From Leptospira sp. (GTDB lineage Bacteria; Spirochaetota; Leptospiria; Leptospirales; Leptospiraceae), in NCBI GenBank assembly GCA_034439575.1, contig JAWXAQ010000020.1, positions 27,237-91,236 of the forward strand: a stretch of DNA of 64,000 nucleotides, written 5' to 3'. Below are positions 21,129-32,240 of this stretch, in pieces. Each line of letters begins with the position of its first letter. The stretch's first letter is position 1. A program made the position numbers and the translations under genes. The notes beneath the pieces were generated by a model. That model searched no databases, was not told the DNA's origin, and worked only from the letters and a program-made list of their open reading frames with translations.

Positions 21129-22249
21129 TTGTATGAGAATCCTTTGATTAATTTTGTGGGATTGATATTTTTTCCATCTTTTATAATTTCAAAATGTAGG
21201 TGCGGGCCAAAACAATATCCAGTACATCCCGATTTTGAAATGACTTTTCCGCCAGAAATATAATCGCCAGAGCGCACATACAAACGGCTATTATGTGCAT
21301 ATAATGATTGGTAGGAATCATCATGTTGGATCATAACAACGTTTCCATAACCACCCATCCAACCAGAATAAATGACTCTTCCTTTCCTTGCAGAATAGAC
21401 GGGTTCGTAGTTGGCGCGTAAGTCGATAGCCATATGGAATTTGTATTGTGGATAAGATCTAGTGCCCCAACCAGAAGTGATGACCCGAGAAGAAACAGGA
21501 AATCGCCATAGTGGACCAGCTTCTGGAATTACAGCACCTGGTAAAAATACTTTTTGGCCTGATTTTAATAAGTCAAAATCTTCGAGGGAATTTTCAGAAT
21601 AAATATCTTCCATTTTAACTTTATAAAAGTCAGCGACTTTTGCAAGTGTGTCACCTTTTTTAAGTTTGTATACGAGACCTTGTTTATTTGGGATATTTAG
21701 GATTTGGCCTGCAACTAACAAGACATCAGGTTGGATACTTGATGAGCCTGCAATCGACTCTACAGATACATGAAATTTATTGGCAATCTCTGTAAGCGTT
21801 TCATTGCGTTTTACTTTATATTGAACGACTTTTAATTTTTTGGTTTTATCTTCAGAAGGTCTATCTAGTTCTGCAGAACGAAGGATGGCAAATTTTCTTT
21901 CTTCCGTTTCTAAGAGATATTTTTCATCGGCGGCTTTAGCTTCTATATCTTTTGTATCATTTTCTTGGACTTCTTCAGCATTGATTGTTTGTTCCATAGC
22001 CAAATAACTTTCGCTAGTGATTGGTTTGTCCCAGATGAGACTGCAAAAGGAAGCAAGCAGAGTCGAATAAAAGAAAAGTGGAAAAACACGATACCGTTTT
22101 CTATTTAAATCGATAGTGCCATGTAAAACTGTGGATTGGAATTGGAAGTTGTAGAAGAAACTACCAGGGGAAAGTTGTATGACACTTAAATTTCCCCAAC
22201 GTAGGACATGTTTTCCGATCGTAGTTTTTTCAGGTGATCGAAGTAACAT
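21125..22249 (-). CDS. LysM / M23 peptidase
   Basis: Two LysM repeats, HMAID and GPHLHFE zinc motifs. Confidence 0.9.
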   Translation of the reverse strand: MLLRSPEKTTIGKHVLRWGNLSVIQLSPGSFFYNFQFQSTVLHGTIDLNRKRYRVFPLFFYSTLLASFCSLIWDKPITSESYLAMEQTINAEEVQENDTKDIEAKAADEKYLLETEERKFAILRSAELDRPSEDKTKKLKVVQYKVKRNETLTEIANKFHVSVESIAGSSSIQPDVLLVAGQILNIPNKQGLVYKLKKGDTLAKVADFYKVKMEDIYSENSLEDFDLLKSGQKVFLPGAVIPEAGPLWRFPVSSRVITSGWGTRSYPQYKFHMAIDLRANYEPVYSARKGRVIYSGWMGGYGNVVMIQHDDSYQSLYAHNSRLYVRSGDYISGGKVISKSGCTGYCFGPHLHFEIIKDGKNINPTKLIKGFSYK

Positions 22250-22265
22250 GATTCAAGAAAAAAAC

Positions 22266-22670
22266 TTATTCCTTCGAGTCTAAGGATTTAATGCCACCAA
22301 ACGATTCTTCGACGATCTTTCTAACATCCTTCTTTTGACCGCCAGTGATCGTGATATTTCCTTTCGCCACGACACCTTTTTGCAATTCTAAATAGGGAGC
22401 AGTGATATCACCAAGCATTCTACCTGTGCCTTCCAATTTAACTTCATTCTCTGCTTTGATATTGCCAATAAGTGTTCCCGAAATGACTACTTCTTTCGCA
22501 GAGATATTTGTTTTGACCTTTCCAGTCTCACCGATCACGAGAGCGTCTTCTGTTTTGATATCACCTTCGAATTTCCCATCAATTCTGAGGGAGCCGGCAA
22601 TGTAAAATTTACCTTCAAAAATCGAACCTGGCCCGATAACGCTATTTATGGAGTCTTTATTGATCGCCAT
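22266..22670 (-). CDS. Bactofilin (polymer-forming cytoskeletal protein)
   Basis: VIGPGSIFEG..LRIDGKFEGDI beta-helix repeats. Confidence 0.9.
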   Translation of the reverse strand: MAINKDSINSVIGPGSIFEGKFYIAGSLRIDGKFEGDIKTEDALVIGETGKVKTNISAKEVVISGTLIGNIKAENEVKLEGTGRMLGDITAPYLELQKGVVAKGNITITGGQKKDVRKIVEESFGGIKSLDSKE

Positions 22671-22729
22671 TGATGTTCCTTATATCCTTCTGTGAGATTT
22701 AAAAATTTTACCCTAGCTGACAAGCCTTT

Positions 22730-25282
22730 TTAGTAATCCATTTCCTCATCACCACTAAAGACACTTTTGCGTTTTTTCTTTTTAGTGGGAGTGATTTGGG
22801 TTTCCGTTTTGGGCTTGGGGTTTGAGACTACTTTTGGTTTTTCATATTTGACTTGTGGTTTTTTGTGATCATCTATGACGTTCCATTGGCCACCGTGATC
22901 GTTGCAGACCTCTTTCGGTGCCGTGGATGCGATAAAAATCTCATCCATAGTTTCATGGCACTGGGAACCTGGGAGTTTCCCAGACATAGGGCAAATAGTT
23001 CTGTGTACTACGTTTACCGATTTTGCCCATTCCAATTCGGCTCTGGGTTCCTTTTCTAGAGCACGGGCCATAAATCGCCCCCAAACGGGAGCGGAAATGC
23101 GTCCACCCGTGACCCCTCGGCCAAGGGAAATTGTCCCTACATCATAACCGAACCAAACCGAAGTCACAAGTTCTGCCGTATAACCCACAAACCAGGCGTC
23201 CCTAAAATTATTCGTCGTACCCGTTTTGCCATACGCCTTGCGGTTGAGACCATAGGAAAGGGCACTTTTACCTGTCCCTTCCTTAATCACATCTTCCATC
23301 ATATCTGTCACAAGAAAAGCGGCTTCGGGGGAGATCACTTGTTTGCGGTCTGATTCCGAAAAATCCTTTCTAAAATCTTTGATAATTTCGCCGTATTGGT
23401 TTTCAACATAAAGGACTGAAAGTGGATTTACCGTTTTTCCGCCTGAGGCAAGAGCCGCATAAGCGCGCGTTAACTCAAAAGGTGTAAGTTCAAAACTTCC
23501 GAGAGATACACTGAAATTGTAAGGTATGTCTCTGCCATTTAATTGCAATAAACCACGCAGAGTGTCCATGATATTGGAAAGTCCAATTTGTTCTAACACG
23601 CGCACTGCGACGGAATTTTTTGATTGTTCGAGAGCCTTTCTGAGTAATACAAATCCTGAGTATTCGGAACTATAATTTTCAGGAGCCCATTCGTCACCAT
23701 CTTCCATTAAATATTGCAAGGGAGAGTCAACAAATAAGGTAGCGGGTGTTACATTTTTTTCAGGATCTGGATTTTTGCCAGAATGATCCATTGCTGCCGC
23801 ATATAGTATAGGTTTAAAAGCTGAACCTGGTTGGCGGAAAGCTTGGAAGGATCGAATTTGTTGGTTGTCAGATCTAAATCCAGATCCACCGACCATAGCT
23901 GTGATATAACCTGTGTTTGGCCTGATGGCAATGAGTGAACCTTCGACTGGTAATAAATGATCTTGCGTTGTTTGGTTCGCGTAATTTTTGTCTAAGAGTT
24001 CGCCAAGTAAGTCATCACCTGTAAGCAAGTTTAGGGTTGAAAATTCATCTCGCAATGTTTCTTGGTAAGAAGATTGGAATGTGCGCTCTATACGAGAAAT
24101 TTTAAATTTAAACTCAGGCAAATCATACAGGTCCATTAACAGGCTGTAGGCAGAGCCAAATTGGTCATCAAAGGCATCTATATTTTTAAAGGCCCTTTGG
24201 TTTGATTCCAAAGTTTGCTGTTGTAAGGCGGGGCGCATTGCCTTCTCTGCTTCTTCTTGGTGGCGAATTTGTATCGTGGAATAAATTTTTAAACCACCAT
24301 TGTAAAGTTTTTCTTTGCCAATGGAGCGGAGTAAATTTTTGCGAATGTATTCTGTGATATATGGAAATTTATTTAAACGGTCAGAATAAGCCGAATCATT
24401 CGGAGATCGATTTAGATTGGCGTAATAGTCCATGAGATTTGCATATTCTTTTTCAGCATCCATTACTGTGAGTCGGCCGTTTTCAATTAGTTTTTTGAAA
24501 ACGACTCTAACCTTACTGATGCTACTCATGGGATTTGTGAGTGGACTAAACTGGGTCGGGCGTGTCGTCAAACTAGCGAGAATGGCCGCCTCACCCCAAG
24601 TGACATCCTGGATTTCTTTGCGAAAATAAAAACGAGAAGCGGCACCAACCCCGATTGTGCCGTGACCCAGAGGGATTTCGTTTAAGTAAACTTCTAAAAT
24701 TTTATCCTTTGGATAAACAAACTCGAGTAATGTGGCAAGCCATGCTTCCCTTGCTTTTCTCGCGATAGATCGTTCAATGGTTAAATATTTTAATCGAGCC
24801 ACCTGTTGGGTGATAGTTGACGCACCTTCCTTTACGCGACCAGCTAAGATATTAACCACAAAGGCTCTAGCGATACCTTTCAAATCAATCCCACTATGAG
24901 AGTAAAAATGATTGTCTTCTGTAGATAAAAAACATTGTATTACTTTGTTTTTTTGATCAAAAGAGGCTGATGGTTTTTCCTCTGGGAGAGTTTTTAAATC
25001 AAGGGGAATGCGTGAAAATTTATAAAATTCGGCGATAGGCTCATACTTTCCATTATCACCGACAGCATATAGAATTGAAGGAATGTCATATGTTGCGGCT
25101 TCGCCGAGGCGAAAAAAATCTTTGAAAGAAGCTGTGAGTAAAAAGAGATTTAAAGTTAAAAATATCCCGATAGCAATCGCTGTATTTCGCATGGGACGCG
25201 GGCCTTCCCATATCCATTCTGTTAGGTCCCGAAACCAAACAATAAACAGCTTTTCAAACATCCCTATGGCTTCTTGTTTCAT
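22730..25282 (-). CDS. Class A penicillin-binding protein (PBP1A)
   Basis: EDNHFYSH and GASTITQQ transglycosylase motifs; SAFK, SKN, KTG transpeptidase motifs. Confidence 0.92.
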   Translation of the reverse strand: MKQEAIGMFEKLFIVWFRDLTEWIWEGPRPMRNTAIAIGIFLTLNLFLLTASFKDFFRLGEAATYDIPSILYAVGDNGKYEPIAEFYKFSRIPLDLKTLPEEKPSASFDQKNKVIQCFLSTEDNHFYSHSGIDLKGIARAFVVNILAGRVKEGASTITQQVARLKYLTIERSIARKAREAWLATLLEFVYPKDKILEVYLNEIPLGHGTIGVGAASRFYFRKEIQDVTWGEAAILASLTTRPTQFSPLTNPMSSISKVRVVFKKLIENGRLTVMDAEKEYANLMDYYANLNRSPNDSAYSDRLNKFPYITEYIRKNLLRSIGKEKLYNGGLKIYSTIQIRHQEEAEKAMRPALQQQTLESNQRAFKNIDAFDDQFGSAYSLLMDLYDLPEFKFKISRIERTFQSSYQETLRDEFSTLNLLTGDDLLGELLDKNYANQTTQDHLLPVEGSLIAIRPNTGYITAMVGGSGFRSDNQQIRSFQAFRQPGSAFKPILYAAAMDHSGKNPDPEKNVTPATLFVDSPLQYLMEDGDEWAPENYSSEYSGFVLLRKALEQSKNSVAVRVLEQIGLSNIMDTLRGLLQLNGRDIPYNFSVSLGSFELTPFELTRAYAALASGGKTVNPLSVLYVENQYGEIIKDFRKDFSESDRKQVISPEAAFLVTDMMEDVIKEGTGKSALSYGLNRKAYGKTGTTNNFRDAWFVGYTAELVTSVWFGYDVGTISLGRGVTGGRISAPVWGRFMARALEKEPRAELEWAKSVNVVHRTICPMSGKLPGSQCHETMDEIFIASTAPKEVCNDHGGQWNVIDDHKKPQVKYEKPKVVSNPKPKTETQITPTKKKKRKSVFSGDEEMDY

Positions 25283-25311
25283 TTATCTATCTTAGTTTTC
25301 GAATGTAAAAT

Positions 25312-26382
25312 TTAGATCAAGGGGGAAAATTCTTTCATAGTATCAATGCCTTGGTACCTAAGGCCAGTGTCTAAATTGTATCCACCGTAGACATCCAGGA
25401 TCTTTGACCGACTCTCTGGCGAAAAGCTATATTCATAGGCCCGAGTTAAGATTTCTTTCGTGGCATTACTTGCTTGGTTAAGCAGTTCAATAAAGGAATC
25501 ACGATAAATTCGCTTTGGGTCAGCAGGATAGTTCCACTCTCTTTTTTCATCATTCATGATTTTAGGATTCACAGTTTCTAATGTAGGTAACATTAGGACA
25601 CCCGCTTGGTATTTGTGAAATGTAACTCGATCCACTAAATTGACAAGGCCTCTCATCCATACGGATCTCGAATCAAGTGTGGAAGTAAAACGATAAAAAC
25701 CCATATAAGATTCATTTAAAATATCACCAGGTATGATTTTTTTTTCAGATCCATGGTAATGGCTCGCATACTCTCGTGGAAACGTAAGCTTTAAGGCAGA
25801 CAACCAAAACTGCCACAAAACAGGATCCATTTTATTTTTAATCCCCACGGTTCGGTGACGAATATCTATGTACTGTGGAAAATCATATTCCCGTGCACTC
25901 ATGCCCCAACGGTAATGGAGTAACAATGTATCCAATCCAAATTCGACCTTCATATGATTTATCTGAGCTTGGTATGATATCTTTTTGTTATCGTTATAAT
26001 AGTCTCCAGATATATAAAATATATAAGGGTGGGTTTGAATGTCCACAATACAGTGGCAAATGTAACCTAGAGTAAATGCCAAAAAGCGATCCCGGTAAAG
26101 TCCCATTTCTGTATCGTGAACCCCATCTAAGAAATTCAAGATAAGTTCTGTTACACGGGAGTGATGTGCCATATCTCCCCAATATGCTGCCTTTTTGGTT
26201 AAAGCTGGGCGCAGGACATGATAGAAATAAAAAATATCAGGCGCGACCGCACCGAGATTTGCATAGGCGGCAGTGTCTGGTCGATTCAAGAGATTGGCAA
26301 TTTTTCTTTGGGTGGTGTTTCCATGTTCAAGGTGCTTTTTGACCTGTGACAATGCTTCTAAGTGTGTAATCTTTCCTGCCAT
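25312..26382 (-). CDS. Zinc-dependent phospholipase C-family protein
   Basis: TH, GAVAPD, GYICHCIVD..HPY, HMKVE motifs. Confidence 0.75.
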   Translation of the reverse strand: MAGKITHLEALSQVKKHLEHGNTTQRKIANLLNRPDTAAYANLGAVAPDIFYFYHVLRPALTKKAAYWGDMAHHSRVTELILNFLDGVHDTEMGLYRDRFLAFTLGYICHCIVDIQTHPYIFYISGDYYNDNKKISYQAQINHMKVEFGLDTLLLHYRWGMSAREYDFPQYIDIRHRTVGIKNKMDPVLWQFWLSALKLTFPREYASHYHGSEKKIIPGDILNESYMGFYRFTSTLDSRSVWMRGLVNLVDRVTFHKYQAGVLMLPTLETVNPKIMNDEKREWNYPADPKRIYRDSFIELLNQASNATKEILTRAYEYSFSPESRSKILDVYGGYNLDTGLRYQGIDTMKEFSPLI

Positions 26383-26439
26383 ATTTGCTATTTTTGACTT
26401 TTAAGAATGGAACCTTTTTTAAGGATTATCTTAATTCCT

Positions 26440-27705
26440 ATGACATCAATCGAAAAACTAAAGTTTTTATCCGAAGATCAAGTCCGAACCATTGCCGAAC
26501 GCTTTGGCACTCCTGTTTTTGTTTATTCACAAAAGGAAATTGAAAAAAAATGTGACGAAGCACTTAATTTTCCCAATGTTTTTGGCTTACAAGTTCGTTA
26601 TGCCATGAAGGCAAATCCCAATACAAACATTTTAAAAATCATGCAAAAGAAAGGCATACTCATTGATGCTTCCTCAGAGTATGAAGTGACAAGAGCCCTT
26701 GCCAGTGGTTTTCCTCATTCCTCCATTATGCTCACATCGCAACAATTCCCAAAGGAATTAGAGAAGTTTGTCAAAGCAGGCGTGCTATTTAACGCTTGTT
26801 CCTTGAAGCAATTAGAAGCATATGGCCAATTATTTCCAGGCGGGAATATTTCTATTCGTTTTAACCCTGGTCTAGGCTCAGGGCATACCAAAAAAACGGA
26901 TGTGGGAGGGGTGACATCTTCTTTTGGGATTTGGCATGAAAAACTCGGGGAAGTAAAAGAGATCGTTAATAAATACAAATTAGTGGTAAATAAAGTGCAT
27001 ACCCATATTGGATCTGGAAGTGATCCTGAAGTATGGAAGGCAGTCGCCAAATATACATTAGAATATGCAGAGGCCTTTCCATCGGTCACAGTAGTTAGCT
27101 TAGGTGGTGGATATAAAGTAGGGCGTATGGAAGATGAAAAATCGACTGACCTACAAAAAATTGGTGAGCCTGTTAAGGATTTGTTTGCTAAATTCGCAGA
27201 AACATTTAATAGAAAATTAGTATTAGAAATTGAACCTGGAACCTTTCTTGTCGCACTTTGTGGTTCCCTCGTAACACGAATCGATGACAAAATCAATACT
27301 GGTTCCAAAGGATTTACATTTTTAAAACTGGACACGGGAATGGATGCGAACACTCGTCCTTCCCTTTATGGAGCAAGACATCCCTTGGTGACGGTTCCAG
27401 AAAAACCTAACAATAGGTCTGTGACGTCCGAATACGTAGTTGTTGGGCATTGTTGTGAGTCGGGAGATGTTTTCACACAAAAAGAAGGTGGTGAACCTGT
27501 CACAAGACAGATGTTAGAGTCTAAAATTGGCGACTATGTTGTGATGGAAGCAGTCGGTGCCTACTGTTCCAGTATGTCCACGAAGAATTATAACAGTTTC
27601 CCAGAAACATCTGAGGTTCTATTGACAAGTGATGGTGAATTGAAATTAATTCGAAAAAAACAAGATGTCGCTGAAATTTACAAAAACGAAGTATTGGTCG
27701 TTTAG
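26440..27705 (+). CDS. lysA: Diaminopimelate decarboxylase
   Basis: YAMKAN PLP lysine, HTHIGS, LGGG, EPG, CESGD, GAY..MS..YNS; start may be 26407. Confidence 0.93.
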   Translation: MTSIEKLKFLSEDQVRTIAERFGTPVFVYSQKEIEKKCDEALNFPNVFGLQVRYAMKANPNTNILKIMQKKGILIDASSEYEVTRALASGFPHSSIMLTSQQFPKELEKFVKAGVLFNACSLKQLEAYGQLFPGGNISIRFNPGLGSGHTKKTDVGGVTSSFGIWHEKLGEVKEIVNKYKLVVNKVHTHIGSGSDPEVWKAVAKYTLEYAEAFPSVTVVSLGGGYKVGRMEDEKSTDLQKIGEPVKDLFAKFAETFNRKLVLEIEPGTFLVALCGSLVTRIDDKINTGSKGFTFLKLDTGMDANTRPSLYGARHPLVTVPEKPNNRSVTSEYVVVGHCCESGDVFTQKEGGEPVTRQMLESKIGDYVVMEAVGAYCSSMSTKNYNSFPETSEVLLTSDGELKLIRKKQDVAEIYKNEVLVV

Positions 27706-28395
27706 ATGCGAAATATACATGCCATCATCTTAGCTGGTGGCCTAGGGACTAGGCTTGGTTCCGATCTTCCAAAACAGTTTTTAAAGGTCGCAGATAAACC
27801 TTTGTTACTGTACTCATTGCAAAGATTCAGAGAATGGGGGCTTTGTAAATCAATCAATATTGTTTGCCACAAAGACTGGATCTTAAAAATGGAAGAGCTA
27901 GTTAGTCCCTTTTTGGAAGGTAATGATAGAATCATCGAAGGTGGAAATACTCGGCACGAATCTACACTTTGTGCACTTAAAAATATAATCTGGGATGCAG
28001 ATGATATACTTTTGATTCACGATGCCGCAAGGCCTTATTTTTTATCAATAGAACTTGATGAATTGATAGGCATTGTGCAAGTGTTTGGTGCGGCAACCTT
28101 GGCCTTAAAGGGATCTGAAACGGTCGTAAGATCGAAACCAAACTCTGGATATACGAGTGAATCTATCGACAGAGAAGAATTGTACTTCGTCAAAACTCCT
28201 CAAGGCATTCGTGGCAAAGAATTAAAAGAATTACTAAAGTTGGAAATTATTGCTAAAAAAGATCATCCAACGGATTTATGCTCTTGGGTCGAGAGAACTG
28301 GTGGGAAAACGGGAATCGTTCTTTCCACTCCGAAAAATATAAAGGTCACCACTTTTGATGATATAAAGATAGTGGAAACCTATATTAACGACTAA
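27706..28395 (+). CDS. IspD/TarI-family cytidylyltransferase
   Basis: LAGGLGTR, PKQF, GGNTRHES, IHDAARP, TPQ, NIKVT. Confidence 0.85.
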   Translation: MRNIHAIILAGGLGTRLGSDLPKQFLKVADKPLLLYSLQRFREWGLCKSINIVCHKDWILKMEELVSPFLEGNDRIIEGGNTRHESTLCALKNIIWDADDILLIHDAARPYFLSIELDELIGIVQVFGAATLALKGSETVVRSKPNSGYTSESIDREELYFVKTPQGIRGKELKELLKLEIIAKKDHPTDLCSWVERTGGKTGIVLSTPKNIKVTTFDDIKIVETYIND

Positions 28396-29492
28396 CGCCC
28401 GTGAAAGATTCGAAATTTTTGTTTCCAAACCCAAACTTTAAATTTTGCGGGATTTTCGACTTCGTCAATTTGTAATCCATAACCTTTTGGTTTTCCATAT
28501 CTCGCATTTGGATTGGACCATCGAACTTTTCCTTTGATGTTGATAGGACCAGATCGGGTATTGATTTTAACATGAACCATTTCATTCATCTCATATACAA
28601 TTTCTGATTTGATATAGAGACCTTCTGTCGAAATATTTACGAGCTCTCCAGTTGATTCATTTGAATCTTTTTTCCCTGCCGCCACATCATTGTTAACTGG
28701 ATATCTAGGGGCAAAGACCCGAGATAGAAATTTTATAAATTCTTCTTTTTCTTCTTTTTGTGCTGGTTGGAAATGGAATTGGATGCCTGCGAGCTCAGTC
28801 CCATCTTCATCTTTGTCTAAACGAACCACTTCGCCTTTCAAAGAGATAGGAACGATTTCTCGCTTTTCATTTTCCAATTTTAAATGTAAATTGATCGGTG
28901 ATCCATCTTTTAAGAAGTGATGCTCAACTAAAGGAATCAGTGCACCTGAGCCCGAAACATTGATCGTAAAACCATCTCCTTCTCTTTCTCCATCTTCATT
29001 TGTCCAATGGAAGGGAACAGGATGCGTCTCTCTATAACCACCTCTCCAACCACGGTCAAGGGAACTCAAGTAAGGTGCAGAGACTTCTCTACGTAGGAAA
29101 TAAAAAATGGCTGTTAATGTAACAGTCGTAAAAATAGCATTTACTATGATCTCTGGTGTTTGTAAGCGAACTCCCGCAAGGAACAATTTTTTGCCGAGAC
29201 TAATCCAAGCGATCATCCAAATATTGTAAGATGCTAATATAGTTGCAAATAACAAAAATAGATAATAACCAAATTTCTTTTTGGAAAGTAGCCCATAAGC
29301 GATGACAATGCTCAGTATGGATAATACATATTGTAAAGGCTGAATTCGTTCAAAAACGTGGCTCCATTTTTGTTGGCTAAGATCGTAAAGAGCCGCTGTG
29401 AATAGGAAATTTAGAATGGGTATGGAAATAAATAGTAAGGAAACAAAAACTATGGGGATAGGATATTGGAAAAAACGGAGTGTCATTCCCAA
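28392..29492 (-). CDS. Membrane protein with tandem PilZ domains
   Basis: Four TMs, then RxxxR and NxSxxG motifs (NVSGSG, NISTEG). Confidence 0.8.
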   Translation of the reverse strand: MGMTLRFFQYPIPIVFVSLLFISIPILNFLFTAALYDLSQQKWSHVFERIQPLQYVLSILSIVIAYGLLSKKKFGYYLFLLFATILASYNIWMIAWISLGKKLFLAGVRLQTPEIIVNAIFTTVTLTAIFYFLRREVSAPYLSSLDRGWRGGYRETHPVPFHWTNEDGEREGDGFTINVSGSGALIPLVEHHFLKDGSPINLHLKLENEKREIVPISLKGEVVRLDKDEDGTELAGIQFHFQPAQKEEKEEFIKFLSRVFAPRYPVNNDVAAGKKDSNESTGELVNISTEGLYIKSEIVYEMNEMVHVKINTRSGPINIKGKVRWSNPNARYGKPKGYGLQIDEVENPAKFKVWVWKQKFRIFHGR

Positions 29493-29560
29493 GAAAAAGC
29501 TGTGAAATACTTACAAAGTCAAGATTTTTTTAGGAATGAAATCTTGTTCAGGCTTTGGTT

Positions 29561-30130
29561 TTATGCTTTTGGTTCTGTCGGTTTGGCACCGGTCAGTGCT
29601 GGATCGATTGGAATCGGAAGTTCTTTCATTTCTTCACTTGCTGGCAAAGATTCTTCGTTAGTCGGATTTTGTTCATCTGCCACTACGGGGATCGGAGTTT
29701 TATTCATATTCCGATTGATCATTTCGTGTAACTCTTGCTTACGTTCGACCACTTTATCTTCTACTTCTGTTAAGCGACGAATGACACTATTAAGTATTAA
29801 GGAAAGAAAACCAGGGCTTTCGTGACCCATTGCCATAAAGATTTCTTTTGTAATCATTCCGACTTTTGTATCATCTGCCGTAGCAATGACATTTGCGGCG
29901 CGGGGCGAGGGCTGGATCAAAGCTAATTCTCCAAAAAACTCTCCAGGTCCAATTTGTCTGAGGATCAATTCTTCGCCCATACCAGATGTTTTTGTCACCA
30001 TCAATTTGCCAGAAAAAACAAAATACATAACTCCATTTGAGTCTTCGCCTTCACGAAACACCTTAGTGTCCTTGGGGAAATGTTTTACTTTAACAGAGTC
30101 TAGGTATTTTTTGAGGTGTTCTGCACTCAT
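29561..30130 (-). CDS. Cyclic-nucleotide-binding domain protein
   Basis: VFREG, GEFFGELAL, PRAA. Confidence 0.88.
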   Translation of the reverse strand: MSAEHLKKYLDSVKVKHFPKDTKVFREGEDSNGVMYFVFSGKLMVTKTSGMGEELILRQIGPGEFFGELALIQPSPRAANVIATADDTKVGMITKEIFMAMGHESPGFLSLILNSVIRRLTEVEDKVVERKQELHEMINRNMNKTPIPVVADEQNPTNEESLPASEEMKELPIPIDPALTGAKPTEPKA

Positions 30131-30549
30131 GTTGTGTTATCTGACTCCAATTCGCCGATCATCTTTTCTACTTCATTGAGTCTGGCTTCTGCTCTGTGCA
30201 ATTTGTCTACAGAACTTCTTAAGAGATGAAATAAAAATTGTGCATTAATGCGTGCTAATTTTTCAAATTGATCATCTCGTAATATTCCAAGTCTGGCTTG
30301 AGCGGAAACGACACTCACTGTCATGGACCTGGGTTTTCTTGTGATAAGTGCAAGTTCTCCAAAGTATTCCCCAGGGCCAAGGCCACGAATCACTTCTTGC
30401 ATACCATCTGGATTTCGTTTGGTGACGGCAAACATACCTTGCATGATGCAATACATACTTCCATCATGAGGTTCCCCTTCATTGAAAATAATATCTCCAC
30501 GTTTGTAAGCTTGCGTGGAGATGTTTTGCATGTATTCTAAGATATTCAT
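30127..30549 (-). CDS. Cyclic-nucleotide-binding domain protein
   Basis: IFNEG, GEYFGELAL, PRS. Confidence 0.88.
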   Translation of the reverse strand: MNILEYMQNISTQAYKRGDIIFNEGEPHDGSMYCIMQGMFAVTKRNPDGMQEVIRGLGPGEYFGELALITRKPRSMTVSVVSAQARLGILRDDQFEKLARINAQFLFHLLRSSVDKLHRAEARLNEVEKMIGELESDNTT

Positions 30550-30649
30550 GTGTGAGTCATAAAGATGATTTGGTACCTATCTATTTTGTCATGCTTTAAT
30601 TTAAAATACAAACTACGGAGAAATACTAGAAATATTAAATAATCATTGA

Positions 30650-31060
30650 TTAGTTTGATTTCAATATGGCGATCCATATCTCTTCTAATTCAGCGACAAT
30701 CTTTCCTGATTCATCTGTTGCTATCGTAATTAGAATCAGCTTTCTATTATCTGAATTTTTTAATGTTGTGATCAATTGAACTTTCCCTTGAAAAAGAGGT
30801 GCTAAGTAGCGAATGGTCGCGGTACCCGTAGCTGCATATTTATATTTTTCATCTAGTATAAAATGTATGAATGCACCTTGGCAGGTATCCATAACAGTAA
30901 AGAGGGCTCCGCCATGAAGTGTCCCATTTGGATTATAATGATTGGCATTCACTTCATATTCATATACACATTTTTCTTTAGAAATTTCTATTGGTACAGC
31001 ACCCAGAAGATTTCCCAGTTTGTCTTTTGATTTAAAATTAGTTAGATAATCGTTTGTCAT
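30650..31060 (-). CDS. PaaI-family hot-dog thioesterase
   Basis: NPNGTLHGG..D motif. Confidence 0.85.
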   Translation of the reverse strand: MTNDYLTNFKSKDKLGNLLGAVPIEISKEKCVYEYEVNANHYNPNGTLHGGALFTVMDTCQGAFIHFILDEKYKYAATGTATIRYLAPLFQGKVQLITTLKNSDNRKLILITIATDESGKIVAELEEIWIAILKSN

Positions 31061-31266
31061 ATAAGCCTATACATATACAGTCAGTATTTGGTTTTCTGCA
31101 TTTTCTTAAAACCAGAAAGAAATTTCAAAAATACAATTATATAAAATCATTTTCTTGAAAAGAAAATTCAAAAAATTTAGCATTTTCAAAGAATCATCAA
31201 AGTTAGGTGAAAGTGATTGAAATTTTTTTATTGCTTATTTAATATTATTTTGTATTAGAAAGAATT

Positions 31267-31695
31267 ATGAAACAAATTGGAAATTATATTTTAGCGGTCA
31301 CACTTGGGCTAGTCTTAGGTAGCCTTGTTAACATGGGAATCATTTTGATGAGTGGCTCATTGATTCCTCCCCCCGAAGGTGCTGATGTCACAACGATGGA
31401 AGGCCTGCAAGCATCCATTCATCTCTTTGAACCAAAACATTTTTTGATGCCTTTTCTTGCTCATGCCCTTGGCACTTTTTTTGGAGCCTTTGTGGCAGCC
31501 TTTATTGCAAAAACCAAAAAAATGATCATGGCTATGATCGTGGGTGTATTTTTCCTGATTGGAGGAGTCACCAATGCTTTTATGATTCCATCGCCCGTTT
31601 GGTTTTTGGCCTTAGATCTTTTAGGAGCCTATTTACCTATGGCCTACTTGGGCGAAAAATTGGGCAATCGCAAACGTTCAGGCATCAAAATTTAA
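31267..31695 (+). CDS. Hypothetical membrane protein
   Basis: Four hydrophobic segments. Confidence 0.75.
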   Translation: MKQIGNYILAVTLGLVLGSLVNMGIILMSGSLIPPPEGADVTTMEGLQASIHLFEPKHFLMPFLAHALGTFFGAFVAAFIAKTKKMIMAMIVGVFFLIGGVTNAFMIPSPVWFLALDLLGAYLPMAYLGEKLGNRKRSGIKI

Positions 31696-31744
31696 TGGGT
31701 TGCAATCTCAAATTTTCTAGTTAATTTCTTTACCGAGGTAAATT

Positions 31745-32041
31745 ATGAAATTTTTATTTTCTTCCTTATTGATGTTAGGTCTTCTGATTGGATGTGGTGA
31801 TCCTGATGTTTCTGAATGTTCAAATGAATCAGTTGGGAAAACACAAAAAAGATTTGAGGCATGTTACAGGGGTTGCATGAAGACAGATGACAAGGGTGCT
31901 TGTGCCCAAAGAACCGTGCTCGCGGCTGATTTGTGTAAGGCGTCTGGAAAAATTGATAAGTCCCTCGACATTGAACCTTGCCATTACGCTTGCCGTGAAA
32001 ATTTTGAATTCGCTTGCCAATTGGAACGAGAATCTCGGTAA
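31745..32041 (+). CDS. Cys-rich lipoprotein
   Basis: Lipobox LIGC, multiple Cys, GAGG RBS. Confidence 0.7.
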   Translation: MKFLFSSLLMLGLLIGCGDPDVSECSNESVGKTQKRFEACYRGCMKTDDKGACAQRTVLAADLCKASGKIDKSLDIEPCHYACRENFEFACQLERESR

Positions 32042-32240
32042 AGATTACATTTTCGAAATTTGTAAATATTGAATGCGAATTTGTTATATATCGAATAATT
32101 TAAATGATGATAAAGATTCTGTGTCTACTTTTGAGTAGATTGAACTATCATACATGAAATGTTACATGAAAGAAGGATATTTTATAAAGGTGTATTGAGT
32201 AATTACCTCAACCACCTATTCCTTAGCAAAACGAATTTTT

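Noticed and set aside
26715-27353. 212-aa minus-strand ORF
   Set aside because: Antisense shadow of lysA with no motifs; the same applies to the many other short antisense ORFs
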